Source: Candidatus Campbellbacteria bacterium GW2011_OD1_34_28 (lineage in GTDB: Bacteria; Patescibacteriota; Minisyncoccia; Phycocordibacterales; UBA12079). Taken from it: a DNA stretch of 64,000 nt. This document shows, in pieces, positions 19,829 through 29,401 of the stretch; positions within the stretch are counted from its first letter, which is position 1; every line of letters begins with the position of its first letter. Where the stretch lies: positions 274,685-338,684 of the forward strand of contig CP011215.1 of the NCBI GenBank assembly GCA_001029775.1. Direction: 5' to 3'. The translations under genes and the position numbers were made by a program. Below the pieces are notes generated by a model. That model made no database searches. It was not told where the DNA came from and saw only the letters and a program-made list of their open reading frames with translations.

Positions 19829-20419
19829 ATGAAAAACTATTTTAAAAATCTAAAAGAAAAAATGTCTCGTTGGGCGGTGTCTCATGTGGAGAGCGGAAAG
19901 GCAGATTTTTGGTTGGGTGCAGTTTCTTTTTCCGAAGCATCTTTTTTTCTTGTTCCGCCAGATTTGTTGTTAATCGCTATTTTGTCTACTAGTACTCAGA
20001 GGTGGTTTTATTATGCTTCTTTTACGACAATTTTTTCTGTTCTCGGCGGTTTCTTGGGTTATCTCATCGGAGCGGTATTTTTTGATGTTGTAGGAAAGAC
20101 AATAATTGATTTTTATGATCTTCAATCACAAGTAGATTTTATCGGGCAAAAATTTTCTGAAAACGCCTTTTTAGCAATATTTGTTTCTGCTTTTACACCT
20201 ATCCCTTATAAACTGTTTACTATCTCGGCTGGATTTTTCAAAATAAATTTTATTATCTTTGGTCTGGCATCTTTGTTTGGTAGGGGAATGAGATTTTTCC
20301 TCGTCGCTTTTTTTATGCACAAATTTGGAAAAAAGATGACAGACTTTTTCTTTAAATATTTTGATATTCTCTCTGTTGTCCTGGTTCTTGTCATCATTGC
20401 GATTTTTTACCTATTTTAA
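19829..20419 (+). CDS. YqaA/DedA (VTT domain) membrane protein
   Basis: SFSEASFFLVPPD, FTPIPYKLFTISAG, GRGMRF. Confidence 0.9.
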   Translation: MKNYFKNLKEKMSRWAVSHVESGKADFWLGAVSFSEASFFLVPPDLLLIAILSTSTQRWFYYASFTTIFSVLGGFLGYLIGAVFFDVVGKTIIDFYDLQSQVDFIGQKFSENAFLAIFVSAFTPIPYKLFTISAGFFKINFIIFGLASLFGRGMRFFLVAFFMHKFGKKMTDFFFKYFDILSVVLVLVIIAIFYLF

Positions 20420-20533
20420 AATAGAGGACGTTCGACGTCCTCCATTTTTCTAAAATTTTAATTTTTTTTGTCCCCTTAAATTGTGGATTTTTCGTTTAAC
20501 CTACGGTTTAATACCTGTTATAATTATCAACAA

Positions 20534-21676
20534 ATGAACAAAGACTTTTTTTTAAATCATTTCCCTGTGCCAAATTTTCTGAAGATGCCAGCTATTGGTT
20601 TTGATATTTCCGATGGATCGGTTCGTTATGTTGAATTGGTTGAAAAAAATGGCAAAAAAGTGCTGGGAAGATACGGAAGAATAAAGATGCCAAAAGGAAC
20701 AGTAGTCGACGGCGATATAAAAGACAAAATTAAGCTGGTAAACATCTTGAAAGAAATTAAAAAGAAAAATGATTTTAATTTTGTAAGAATTTCTGTTATT
20801 GAAAAAAATTCTTATATTTTCAAAACGGTTGTGCCTTACAAAAAGGGAGCGAGCCGAGACGAAATATTAGGAGCACTAAGTTTCAAACTAGAAGAAAATG
20901 TTCCTCTTTCATCAGAAGACGCCTTTTTTGATTTTGATGTCTTAACTGAAAAAGATGGGCAGATAGAAGTGGTTGTCTCTGCTTTGCCTAAAAAGATAGT
21001 AGAGCAGTTTCTAGAAGTTTTTGAAGCATCTGGTATGACTCCGATTTCTTTCGAGGTAGAGGCACAAGCCGTCGCAAGATCTTCTATCGCAAGAGGGGAT
21101 ATGGGAACAAATATGATCGTCGATTTTAGAAGCACCCGTGCCAGTATTTCTGTTGTTAGCGAGGGACTTGTACAGATGACTTCTACAATTGATGTTGGAG
21201 GAGACGATCTGATTGCTGCAATACAAAAATCTGAAAATGTAACAGAGGTAGAAGCTGAAAAAATAAAAAAAGAAAAAGGATTTAAGAGGGTTGGATATGA
21301 AGATGCCTTGTTTTATGCGATGATGAATACAATAACAGTTCTAAAGGATGAAATAAGCAAATATGTAATGTATTGGGCGACACATCACAGGAACGAATTG
21401 ATAGATAAAGACGCAAGGGGCAAAGTCTCTAAAATTATTTTGTGTGGAGAAAATGGTTCTTTGAGAAGTTTGGATGATTATCTTTCTCTAAGTTTGGGTT
21501 TGAATATAGAAAAGGCACTGGTTTGGAGAAATCTTTTTTCTTTGGACGAAGTTGTTCCAAATATGGATTTTTTTACATCGCTTGAATATGCGGCTGCGAT
21601 TGGTCTTGCAATGCGACACGATAACGATGTTTTTAGTTTTAATACTGTTAGTTTAGATAATTTAGAAAATGCCTAA
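20534..21676 (+). CDS. pilM: Type IV pilus assembly protein PilM
   Basis: IGFDISDGSVRYVEL, FEVEAQAVARS, IILCG, YAAAIGLAMR. Confidence 0.9.
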   Translation: MNKDFFLNHFPVPNFLKMPAIGFDISDGSVRYVELVEKNGKKVLGRYGRIKMPKGTVVDGDIKDKIKLVNILKEIKKKNDFNFVRISVIEKNSYIFKTVVPYKKGASRDEILGALSFKLEENVPLSSEDAFFDFDVLTEKDGQIEVVVSALPKKIVEQFLEVFEASGMTPISFEVEAQAVARSSIARGDMGTNMIVDFRSTRASISVVSEGLVQMTSTIDVGGDDLIAAIQKSENVTEVEAEKIKKEKGFKRVGYEDALFYAMMNTITVLKDEISKYVMYWATHHRNELIDKDARGKVSKIILCGENGSLRSLDDYLSLSLGLNIEKALVWRNLFSLDEVVPNMDFFTSLEYAAAIGLAMRHDNDVFSFNTVSLDNLENA

Positions 21677-22202
21677 TTTATTACCAGAAAAAAATAAAAA
21701 AGAGATAAGAAACGAATTTATTTTACGACTTTTGGTTGTATTTTTTGTTTTTGTTTTTTTTGCAATAACGATTTTTATTATTTCCCTCGTTCCTTCTTAT
21801 AACTTATCTGTTGTGAAGAAGACGATTACTCTTGAACAGGTAAATAGTTTAAAAGAGAGTGCTGGTATAGAGGAAGATATATTGTCGGCTAGTATTTTAA
21901 AAAATGAAAATGCAAAAGTTGCTGTTCTAAGTGCGGTAGACCAAAATAGTGCTAGCAAAATTATTGAAAAAATATTGGAAAAGAGACCGCAGGGAGTAAA
22001 AATTACCGATATTTTTTATGAAAAAAACGATGCAGGAGGAATAGATATTGTTGTTAAGGGTAATTCGTCGAGTAGAAATATTTTAATTGGTTTTGTTGAA
22101 AAACTTGAATTAGAAGAAGATTTCGAAAAAATAGATTTTCCTGTTTCCAATTTGGTAAAAGACGAATCAATGGATTTTTCGATAAATATTTATATTAAAT
22201 GA
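21669..22202 (+). CDS. pilN: PilN-like protein
   Basis: NLLP motif plus TM; overlaps the pilM stop. Confidence 0.8.
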   Translation: MPNLLPEKNKKEIRNEFILRLLVVFFVFVFFAITIFIISLVPSYNLSVVKKTITLEQVNSLKESAGIEEDILSASILKNENAKVAVLSAVDQNSASKIIEKILEKRPQGVKITDIFYEKNDAGGIDIVVKGNSSSRNILIGFVEKLELEEDFEKIDFPVSNLVKDESMDFSINIYIK

Positions 22203-22759
22203 AAAAGAGAAAAGAATTTTTAATCAAAATGTTGCTTGTTGTGATCATTGCCAATGTGATTGTTTTGGCGAGCATGATATTTTTCTACTCTATGATTAAG
22301 AAAACAAATCAGGATATTTTTGATTTGGAAACAGAATTGCTTGATTGGAGAAAAAAACAAACAGAATCAAGTTTGATAAACGACAATTTAGACGATACGG
22401 CACGAGAAAGATACAAAATAAATGCTTATTTTGTTAAGGGAGACAAGGTCGGAGTGGCAAATTTTATTGAAAATTTGGAAAATATTGGAAAAGTTTCTGA
22501 GGTGACTGTTGATGTGAGTGGCTTGTTCTTGAAAGATTCTGATAAGACAAATACAGAAGAGATAGTCGAGGTGGGTAGTATGGGGTTAAATTTGAAAATA
22601 ATGGGAAAATGGGAAAATGTAATTCATTTTTTGAAATTACTCGAGGTAGCGCCATATAGAATTACTTTTGAAAAAGTTTATCTTGAAAAAAATTCCGCCG
22701 AGAATTCTGTGGATTGGAATGGAGCATTTAATATAAATGTTATGAAGTTGTCTGAATAA
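22199..22759 (+). CDS. pilO: PilO-like protein
   Basis: TM, coiled coil, G-x-W...FLKLLE; position after pilN. Confidence 0.7.
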   Translation: MKKRKEFLIKMLLVVIIANVIVLASMIFFYSMIKKTNQDIFDLETELLDWRKKQTESSLINDNLDDTARERYKINAYFVKGDKVGVANFIENLENIGKVSEVTVDVSGLFLKDSDKTNTEEIVEVGSMGLNLKIMGKWENVIHFLKLLEVAPYRITFEKVYLEKNSAENSVDWNGAFNINVMKLSE

Positions 22760-22760
22760 T

Positions 22761-23087
22761 ATGAAAATAGATTTAAAAAACATTAATATACCAGATTTTC
22801 TAAGACTGAAGAATTTTAGCTTTAATAGTTTTTATGGTTGGTTTATTTTGACTATTATTTTTTCTTTTTCTGTTTTGGTAATTTTAGGATATTCTTTATT
22901 TTTCTTTTTAAAAATAGATGAGGGAAAAGCTTTTAGTTTTAGAACGGAAGAAACTTTGAAAGATAATTTTGAAAAAATAAACAAAAGTGAATTAATGAAA
23001 ATTATTTCTTCTTTTGATGCTAAAGAAATTGAATTTAATCTTCTACTTGAAGAATGTCCGTCAGAGATTATTGACCCTTCAATATAA
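22761..23087 (+). CDS. Hypothetical membrane protein (pil operon, PilP position)
   Basis: Single TM; C-terminal DPS. Confidence 0.6.
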   Translation: MKIDLKNINIPDFLRLKNFSFNSFYGWFILTIIFSFSVLVILGYSLFFFLKIDEGKAFSFRTEETLKDNFEKINKSELMKIISSFDAKEIEFNLLLEECPSEIIDPSI

Positions 23088-23178
23088 TATTGCTATATTA
23101 TGGCAGTCTATAGTTTTTAGAAGAAGTTTTTTGAACATAATAGTTTTTAAGGTTAGAATTGTATGGTATAATCCTTGT

Positions 23179-23484
23179 ATGCCATATAAAAATAAAGAAG
23201 ACTTGTATAAGGCTCAAAAAAGACATCGTCTAAAAGTAAGAAAGATGTTGTTGGAATTTTTATCTACAAAAGAATGTGTTGATTGTGGAGAAAAAGATCC
23301 GATTGTCTTAGACTTTGATCATATAAATCAAAAAAATAAATTTAAGACCGTTGCTCAGATGCTGTCAGGGCATTATTCCTGGGAGTCTGTTAGTAAGGAG
23401 ATAAATAAGTGTGAAATAAGATGTGCCAATTGTCATAGGAGAAAAACTTATGTTCAATTGAATTATTTTGGAAAAACTAAATAA
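23179..23484 (+). CDS. Small HNH endonuclease
   Basis: CVDC...LDFDH...CANCHRRKT; ATG 6 nt after TG-G-TATAAT; stop 5 nt before tRNA-Arg. Confidence 0.88.
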   Translation: MPYKNKEDLYKAQKRHRLKVRKMLLEFLSTKECVDCGEKDPIVLDFDHINQKNKFKTVAQMLSGHYSWESVSKEINKCEIRCANCHRRKTYVQLNYFGKTK

Positions 23485-23489
23485 TAAAT

Positions 23490-23561
23490 GCTCCCATAGT
23501 TTAATGGATAAAACAAGAGACTTCTAATCTCTAGATTTAGGTTCGATTCCTAGTGGGAGCA
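23490..23561 (+). tRNA. tRNA-Arg(TCT)
   Basis: GCTCCCA/TGGGAGC acceptor, AGAGA-CTTCTAA-TCTCT, GGTTCGATTCC. Confidence 0.96.
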
Positions 23562-23778
23562 CAAAACGCCAAGACCAAAGCATCGCTTTGGTCTTGTTGC
23601 GTTTTGTAGCTCCCACTAGGAATCGAAACGAGCGAAGTATATTTTTTCGTAGCGAAGCGGAGAAAAAATACGAGCGAGCGGGGCAGCGAGTTCTTAATAT
23701 TTTGAAGTCACGAGCTTGTCGAGTGACGAACAAAATATTTAAAACGGGCGTATCTTGACGAGAGTGTGGAGAGCACAA
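23562..23778 (+). other. tRNA-3'-anchored structured element, copy A
   Basis: Hairpin, antisense tRNA 3' end (23609-23627), conserved scaffold, degenerate sense copy (23766-23778). Confidence 0.75.
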
Positions 23779-23803
23779 TTTAAAAAAGCCCGACAAGCGG
23801 GCT

Positions 23804-24013
23804 TTATGCAAATTTTTTCTTATAGCAGTCATGGCATATGCCGTGACTGATTTCATCAAATTGAGAAGGGCAGTTGCCTTCTCTGTGGCAACGACACATA
23901 CATAGACTTGTGATATGAGCCGTTTTCCCATCACCGTTCTTTACCTCCTCTTTACAGCCGTATTGTTCCTTGCAGTACGAACAAACAGAGGAGAATACTC
24001 TCAGCTTTTTCAT
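23804..24013 (-). CDS. Small Cys-rich hypothetical protein
   Basis: GAAGGGGG SD, TTTACA-17-TATAAT promoter upstream; CSYC...ISHGICHDC. Confidence 0.7.
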   Translation of the reverse strand: MKKLRVFSSVCSYCKEQYGCKEEVKNGDGKTAHITSLCMCRCHREGNCPSQFDEISHGICHDCYKKKFA

Positions 24014-24140
24014 AATCGCGCCCCTTCATATTCATAGTAGTTTTTAAAGGTTTTTTATCTTTATATATTATATAATAGATTTATTAAATTGTAAAGGGTT
24101 GGTGTAAAAAACAAAAATTTCAACATTTTCGCGTTGGTTT

Positions 24141-24334
24141 GCGATGAGGGACTCGGTCGCCAGTTCTAAATAAAATTTTCGTTCTGCGAACTCAATTTTA
24201 TTAAGAACTCGCGACCCCGCTCGCTCGTGTTCGTCGGGCAAAGCCCTCCTCCATACTTCGCTCGGTTCGAGTCCCTCATCTTGCCTCAAAAACAAAAAAA
24301 CGACAATGTATGCACATTGTCGTTTTTTGTTTTG
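24141..24334 (-). other. tRNA-3'-anchored structured element, copy B
   Basis: Hairpin, antisense tRNA 3' end (24264-24280), same scaffold, sense copy (24141-24155). Confidence 0.8.
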
Positions 24335-24407
24335 TGGGCGATGAGGGACTCGAACCCCCGACCTTCCCGGTGTAAACGGGTTGCTCTACCAACTGAGCTA
24401 ATCGCCC
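24335..24407 (-). tRNA. tRNA-Val(TAC)
   Basis: GGGCGAT/ATCGCCC acceptor, loop TTTACAC, GGTTCGAGTCC. Confidence 0.96.
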
Positions 24408-24575
24408 AAATAAAACTATATTGGGTATTTATATCTTGATTTTCAAATTTAGTGGCAACCCACTTTCTTCAGCCATCCAAGTTAATCGCTCCTTAATAAC
24501 TTGTATATTATATTATTTATTTATTGTTGTAAATATAAAATAAGAGACCGATCGCACAGATGCGACCGGTCTTGT

Positions 24576-24926
24576 TTATTTGGAAAGGAGTTCGCGAATT
24601 TTACCGACAACCTCTTGCTTGATAACCGAGTGTTCACAACCTGCTTTTATCAGGATTTTGTTGTTGTCCGGATCTCCTGATATTGCAAGTATTTTAGAAG
24701 AAGGAAATTCACCAACAATTTTTTTGACTAGAACCACTGTGTTGTTTACAGAACCGTGTACTTCGCCATCAACGGCTACGAGGTCCAACCCTTCTTTGTG
24801 TTTGTTAAAAAGTTCTTGGCCTTGTTGCAGAGTTTCTGCGGTTAAAACAAAAGCAACATCGGAAAGAAGTTTTCTCCACATTTTGCTTAACACAACATAG
24901 TCCTCAATCACAAGAATCATTTTCAT
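24576..24926 (-). CDS. Single-domain response regulator receiver
   Basis: AAAGGAG SD; ILVIED, phosphoacceptor VAVD, AISG, K. Confidence 0.8.
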   Translation of the reverse strand: MKMILVIEDYVVLSKMWRKLLSDVAFVLTAETLQQGQELFNKHKEGLDLVAVDGEVHGSVNNTVVLVKKIVGEFPSSKILAISGDPDNNKILIKAGCEHSVIKQEVVGKIRELLSK

Positions 24927-25051
24927 AAAATCTCCTTTTATGTATGAAAAATTAATCAAATTTCTTATTTGAAAATAGTATAATAAAACAATTTTGTCAA
25001 ACAAAATAAAAACGGCGAAGCAGAGCCTCGCCGTTTTGTGTGCGATGTTTT

Positions 25052-25492
25052 TTATATTGTCGCACTTTCTTCTTTATTGGGAATGTCGATGACATCGTGA
25101 TTTCTCAGAGCCTCGACGATCTCTTCCACCATGTAGCCTTTGTGAGAAAATATACGAGTGCACCCCGCATTGTACATTTGAGCACCGAAATCTGGGTTTC
25201 CGGAAAAACCGACTAAGGGTTTTTCCCAACCGGATTCGCGTATTTCACGGATGAATCCAAGGGTCGCGGGCTCTCGGGCGTCTTCAATCGTGAAACTGGC
25301 AATACCAGATCCGACGAAAACCGCTTTGAGGGATTCGTGACACGAATCAAAGATATATCTCGCGTTTTCCACATCGGTTTCGCCGATGATTTTGATATCG
25401 TCGGAAAACATTTTAATCTTTGCTTTTGCCAGTTTGAGGATCTCCTCGTTGGCATCAACAACCAGCACGAAATTTTTTTCTTTTTCTTTCAT
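25052..25492 (-). CDS. Pseudo-receiver domain protein
   Basis: VLVVDAN, phosphoacceptor position is Gly (VFVGS), GFSG; GGAG SD. Confidence 0.65.
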   Translation of the reverse strand: MKEKEKNFVLVVDANEEILKLAKAKIKMFSDDIKIIGETDVENARYIFDSCHESLKAVFVGSGIASFTIEDAREPATLGFIREIRESGWEKPLVGFSGNPDFGAQMYNAGCTRIFSHKGYMVEEIVEALRNHDVIDIPNKEESATI

Positions 25493-25676
25493 CGTTTTTC
25501 TCCATAAAAAAGATTAGTATGAACAAAGATTTCTGACCGTAGAATACATATTTAAAACAAATTAGTCAAGGTTTGAAAAAATAGCCAAATCAAAAAGATG
25601 CAACACTTTGATTTAGAGATATAATAGAGTTATATTATTCAATTTTTTAAAATTTTTATAAAAAGAAAGAAGTTAA

Positions 25677-26396
25677 ATGAATAAGGATAAGATAGAAATA
25701 ATTTACGAAGATGAAAACATTTTGGCTATAAACAAGCCGTCTGGTTTGGTTGTGCATCCAGATGGAAAAACGACCGAGACGACTTTGGTGGATTGGATTT
25801 TAAAAAATTATCCCGAGATAGAAGATGTGGGAGAGCCTCTTATTTTGAGTACTGGGGAAATAATAAAAAGACCAGGGATTGTTCATCGATTGGATAGAGA
25901 GACATCGGGGATTTTGTTGATAGCAAAAAATCAAAAAACTTTTTTGTTTTTGAAAGAGCAATTTAAAGAAAGGGCTATCAAAAAAAGTTATCGTGCTTTT
26001 GTATATGGTGAGATGAAAATGGAAGAGGGAATAGTAGATAGACCAATAGGGAGAAGTAATAAAGACTTTAGAATGTGGAGCGCACAAAGAGGGGCGCGTG
26101 GACAAATGAGAACGGCGGTAACAGAATATAATGTCTTGGAAAGGGGAAATGGTTTTAGTTTTGTAGAGGCCAACCCAAAAACGGGACGCACTCATCAGAT
26201 TCGTGTTCATTTTAAAGCAATCAATCACCCGATTGTTTCCGATTCTCTTTATGCACCCAAAAAAGAAAAAGGGCTTGGTTTTGAGAGATTGGCTCTGCAT
26301 TCGTATTCTATAGAATTTTCTTTGCCTGAGGGTAAAAAAATAAAATTGGAGGCGGAATTGCCGCCAGACTTTAAAAAAGCGTTGAAACTTATATAA
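25677..26396 (+). CDS. RluA/RluD family pseudouridine synthase
   Basis: [33 protein letters not shown]. Confidence 0.95.
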   Translation: MNKDKIEIIYEDENILAINKPSGLVVHPDGKTTETTLVDWILKNYPEIEDVGEPLILSTGEIIKRPGIVHRLDRETSGILLIAKNQKTFLFLKEQFKERAIKKSYRAFVYGEMKMEEGIVDRPIGRSNKDFRMWSAQRGARGQMRTAVTEYNVLERGNGFSFVEANPKTGRTHQIRVHFKAINHPIVSDSLYAPKKEKGLGFERLALHSYSIEFSLPEGKKIKLEAELPPDFKKALKLI

Positions 26397-26439
26397 TTTA
26401 TTGCCAAATTTAGTGGCTTGTGATAAAGTATTGGACATT

Positions 26440-26994
26440 ATGAAGACAGATACTATAAATGTTTCACCGGTAAATATGGCAGACAGAAAAGCTTTGGGAA
26501 TCAAGGCGGGAGATACTGTTCGTGTTTGGGTGAAAATTCAGGAAAAAGGAAAAACTCGTTTACAGGCTTTTGAAGGTCTTGTTTTGGCGACAAAGCACGG
26601 AGCAGAAGCAGGAGCAACTTTTACAGTAAGAAAGGTTTCTTTGGGAGTTGGTGTGGAAAGAATTTTCCCTCTATATTCACCAAGTATTGATAAGATTGAA
26701 ATCGTTAAGAGAGCAAACGTTAGAAGAGCAAAACTTTATCACATTAGAGACAAAGTGGCTCGTGAGATCAAGAGACAAATGAGAAAAATGAGTTTGGTAA
26801 AAATTTCTTCATTGAGCGACGGGGAAGAAACAGATAGAATCGCAAAGGAAGAAGCCGAAGTTGAAGCCAAAGCTATGGCAGACAAGGAGGCAGAAGCAAA
26901 GGCAGAAGCTGAAGCAAAAGTATCAGAAGAAGCTAACACAGCTGACAACAACGAAACTGTTGCTGAAACTCCAGCAGAAGAAGTTAAAGAATAA
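26440..26994 (+). CDS. rplS: 50S ribosomal protein L19 with acidic C-terminal extension
   Basis: GDTVRV, RLQAFEG, TFTVRK...GVERIFP, VRRAKLY. Confidence 0.97.
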   Translation: MKTDTINVSPVNMADRKALGIKAGDTVRVWVKIQEKGKTRLQAFEGLVLATKHGAEAGATFTVRKVSLGVGVERIFPLYSPSIDKIEIVKRANVRRAKLYHIRDKVAREIKRQMRKMSLVKISSLSDGEETDRIAKEEAEVEAKAMADKEAEAKAEAEAKVSEEANTADNNETVAETPAEEVKE

Positions 26995-27147
26995 TAAAAA
27001 TAAAAAACGTCGCGACCTGAAAGGTCGCGATTTTTTTCTTGTAACTTATTACTTGCTACTTTATAATTGCGAGTGAGGATGTGTGAAAATTTATTTTCAC
27101 GACATCCGAGCGAAGCAATTATATGCTTTGCATATATTGTTTTCTAT

Positions 27148-27231
27148 GCTCAGGTGCGGAAATTGGTAGACCGGTACGCTTGAGGGGCGTATGTCTTTAC
27201 AGACGTGAGGGTTCGAGTCCCTCTCTGGGCA
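27148..27231 (+). tRNA. tRNA-Leu(GAG)
   Basis: TACGC-TTGAGGG-GCGTA, long variable arm, GGTTCGAGTCC. Confidence 0.95.
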
Positions 27232-27310
27232 CAAAGTCGTTGATATATTTTTTGTTTTAATATAGTATTCGTTTTAGGTTTGTATTATTAATTTTTTTAG
27301 GGAGAAAAAT

Positions 27311-27961
27311 ATGACAAAACCAAAGCTGTTAATTTTTGCCGCTGGTTCAAAAGACGGAGGGGGATCGGGTTTTAAAGAATTGGTTGAAAATTCCAAGTCT
27401 GGTATTTTGGACGCGGAGATTGTTGCCGTTGTCTCTAACCACGAGAATGGGGGTGTTCGAAAAATTGCTGACGAGTATGGTATAAAATTTATTTTGTTTA
27501 AAGGACCTTACACGGCCGAAGAATACCAAAAAATCGTACGAGAAACTGGTGCGGAATGGGTCTCTTTGTCTGGTTGGTTGAAACTTGTTTTGGGACTTGA
27601 TCCGAAAAGGACAATCAATATTCACCCAGGTAGAATTCCTCAATTTGGTGGAAGCGGAATGTATGGACATTTTGTTCACGAAGCTACCATTGAAGCCTTT
27701 AAGAGAGGCGAGGTAAAAACTTCTGCTGTGACGATGCATTTTGCAACAGAGATTTATGATGACGGTCCTGTATTTTTTGTTTACCCTGTTTGGATCATAG
27801 AAGGGGATACTGCCGAGATATTGGCACAAAGAGTAAACAAAATAGAACACGGCTGGCAATCCTATGTTACCAATTTGGTGGTTCACGAAAGAATTAGTTG
27901 GGACGGAAAAAATAGAAACTCTTTGAAGGTTCCCGACGGATATATTTTTCATCGTTTTTAA
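27311..27961 (+). CDS. purN: Phosphoribosylglycinamide formyltransferase-like protein
   Basis: GGGSGF, EIVAVVSN, INIHPG...FGG.GMYG, YDDGPV. Confidence 0.8.
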   Translation: MTKPKLLIFAAGSKDGGGSGFKELVENSKSGILDAEIVAVVSNHENGGVRKIADEYGIKFILFKGPYTAEEYQKIVRETGAEWVSLSGWLKLVLGLDPKRTINIHPGRIPQFGGSGMYGHFVHEATIEAFKRGEVKTSAVTMHFATEIYDDGPVFFVYPVWIIEGDTAEILAQRVNKIEHGWQSYVTNLVVHERISWDGKNRNSLKVPDGYIFHRF

Positions 27962-28117
27962 AATTTGAAGAGCGGGTCGCGAAGCGACCCGCTCTTTTGC
28001 TGTCTAAAAAACTAGACTATGTTAAAATAAATTGGTATAAATGAGTTCGCGGTTAATAATTTGAGGTTATTGGTTTTCTAAAAACTAATGACTAAAAGCT
28101 ATCAACTAATTAAACAT

Positions 28118-28189
28118 GGCGGTCATGGTGTAATGGTAACACTAGGGTTTGTGGATCCCTCAATCCGAGTTCAATTCTCGGTGACCGCC
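28118..28189 (+). tRNA. tRNA-His(GTG)
   Basis: G-1 encoded, loop TTGTGGA, GTTCAATTC T-loop, C73. Confidence 0.93.
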
Positions 28190-28293
28190 CACGAAAAAAC
28201 AAACAGCGACGAAAGGCAAAGCCTTTCGTCGCTGTTTGTTTTTTGTGTGAATTTTGGCTTCGCCAAAATTCACACCCTAATACTAATACTTTT

Positions 28294-29001
28294 TTAATAT
28301 TTCCTTTGTAAATACACGGTCACAGTTCTTCTCTTAAATGCTTTGCCATGTAACATATGTAGATGAGATTTTTCTATTTTACGAATTTCAAAAAAAGGGG
28401 AGAAAAACTTTTTTATCTCATCGGTCGTCCATGTGTGTTCTTGCACACCAATTCTTGGGTGAATATAAGATCCTTTTTCTTGAGAGGGATTTTTTTCTAG
28501 TAATCTTTTTGCATGCAGGTCTCCTTCGCGAAGAAAAGATTTAAAAAATAACCAACCATTTGGTTTTATTATTCTGTTTAATTCTTCAAGTAAAAACTCT
28601 CTTTCGCTTTCGTTTAGAAAATGTGAAGACATCATATCCAGCACTATGTCTGTGGACTCGTTTGGTAAATCAATTTCTCCTGCGATAGAGCGGACTTTCC
28701 ATTCTATGGAAGGGTTTGTTTTTTTTGCTTGGTTTATAGCTTCTTCTGAAATGTCGTATCCAACACCTTTTATATTAAATTGGTTTGTCATATAAACAAG
28801 ATTGCGACCATTACCACATCCCAGATCAAGAACAAGAGAATTTTTATCAAGAGTTGTTTCGGGTTCGTTTCTGTTTAACCACCTAAAGAATTTTAAAAGA
28901 TCCTCGGATGGTTTTACCGAGAGATTTAGATGTTCTCCTTTTTGATATTCTTTATTCCAGAATGTTTTAGAGCTTTTTCCTTTTTTATTATTTTTCTTCA
29001 T
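28294..29001 (-). CDS. Class I SAM-dependent methyltransferase
   Basis: VLDLGCGNGRN, GYDIS. Confidence 0.9.
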   Translation of the reverse strand: MKKNNKKGKSSKTFWNKEYQKGEHLNLSVKPSEDLLKFFRWLNRNEPETTLDKNSLVLDLGCGNGRNLVYMTNQFNIKGVGYDISEEAINQAKKTNPSIEWKVRSIAGEIDLPNESTDIVLDMMSSHFLNESEREFLLEELNRIIKPNGWLFFKSFLREGDLHAKRLLEKNPSQEKGSYIHPRIGVQEHTWTTDEIKKFFSPFFEIRKIEKSHLHMLHGKAFKRRTVTVYLQRKY

Positions 29002-29200
29002 CGTCTTAAGTATAAACTAGAAGGGTTTTGGTGGAAAGTTTAGGTGTTACTTTTGTTTTTGTGAGCGTGTTTGACTTATTATCAGATAAGGGGTAGTATA
29101 TTGACATAGGCCCGAAAGGGCTTTTAAAAATGCTTTTAATTCCAATTTTTAATAATTGGGCTTCTGGTTAAAAGTTTAAAAATTTAAATTTTAGTATATT

Positions 29201-29380
29201 ATGAAATTAATAGATTATCTTAAAGATACAAGAGGAGAGATGAAGCATGTAAGCTGGCCTACAAAGAGTCAGGCTGTTTGGTACACAATTATTGTTATTG
29301 TTATTTCTTTGTTCGTAGCTTTTTTCCTTGGTTTCTTTGATTACATTTTTTCATTACTAATTGAAAAATTTATCATTTAG
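29201..29380 (+). CDS. secE: Preprotein translocase subunit SecE (59 aa, not in ORF track)
   Basis: EMKHVSWPT motif plus TM; directly upstream of nusG. Confidence 0.95.
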   Translation: MKLIDYLKDTRGEMKHVSWPTKSQAVWYTIIVIVISLFVAFFLGFFDYIFSLLIEKFII

Positions 29381-29401
29381 TCTTTTCTAAAAATTAAAAT
29401 T

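Noticed and set aside
23524..24439. ORFs 23524-23934, 24068-24295 and 24227-24439
   Set aside because: They overlap tRNAs and trailer elements; scaffold conservation is structural and not tied to a reading frame
24429..24530. Promoter, AAGGAG and 15-codon ORF upstream of tRNA-Val
   Set aside because: SD spacing is poor and the ORF is too short to support; may be a cassette remnant
26800..26994. Acidic Ala/Glu tail of L19
   Set aside because: Low-complexity ribosomal protein extensions are common; no further signal
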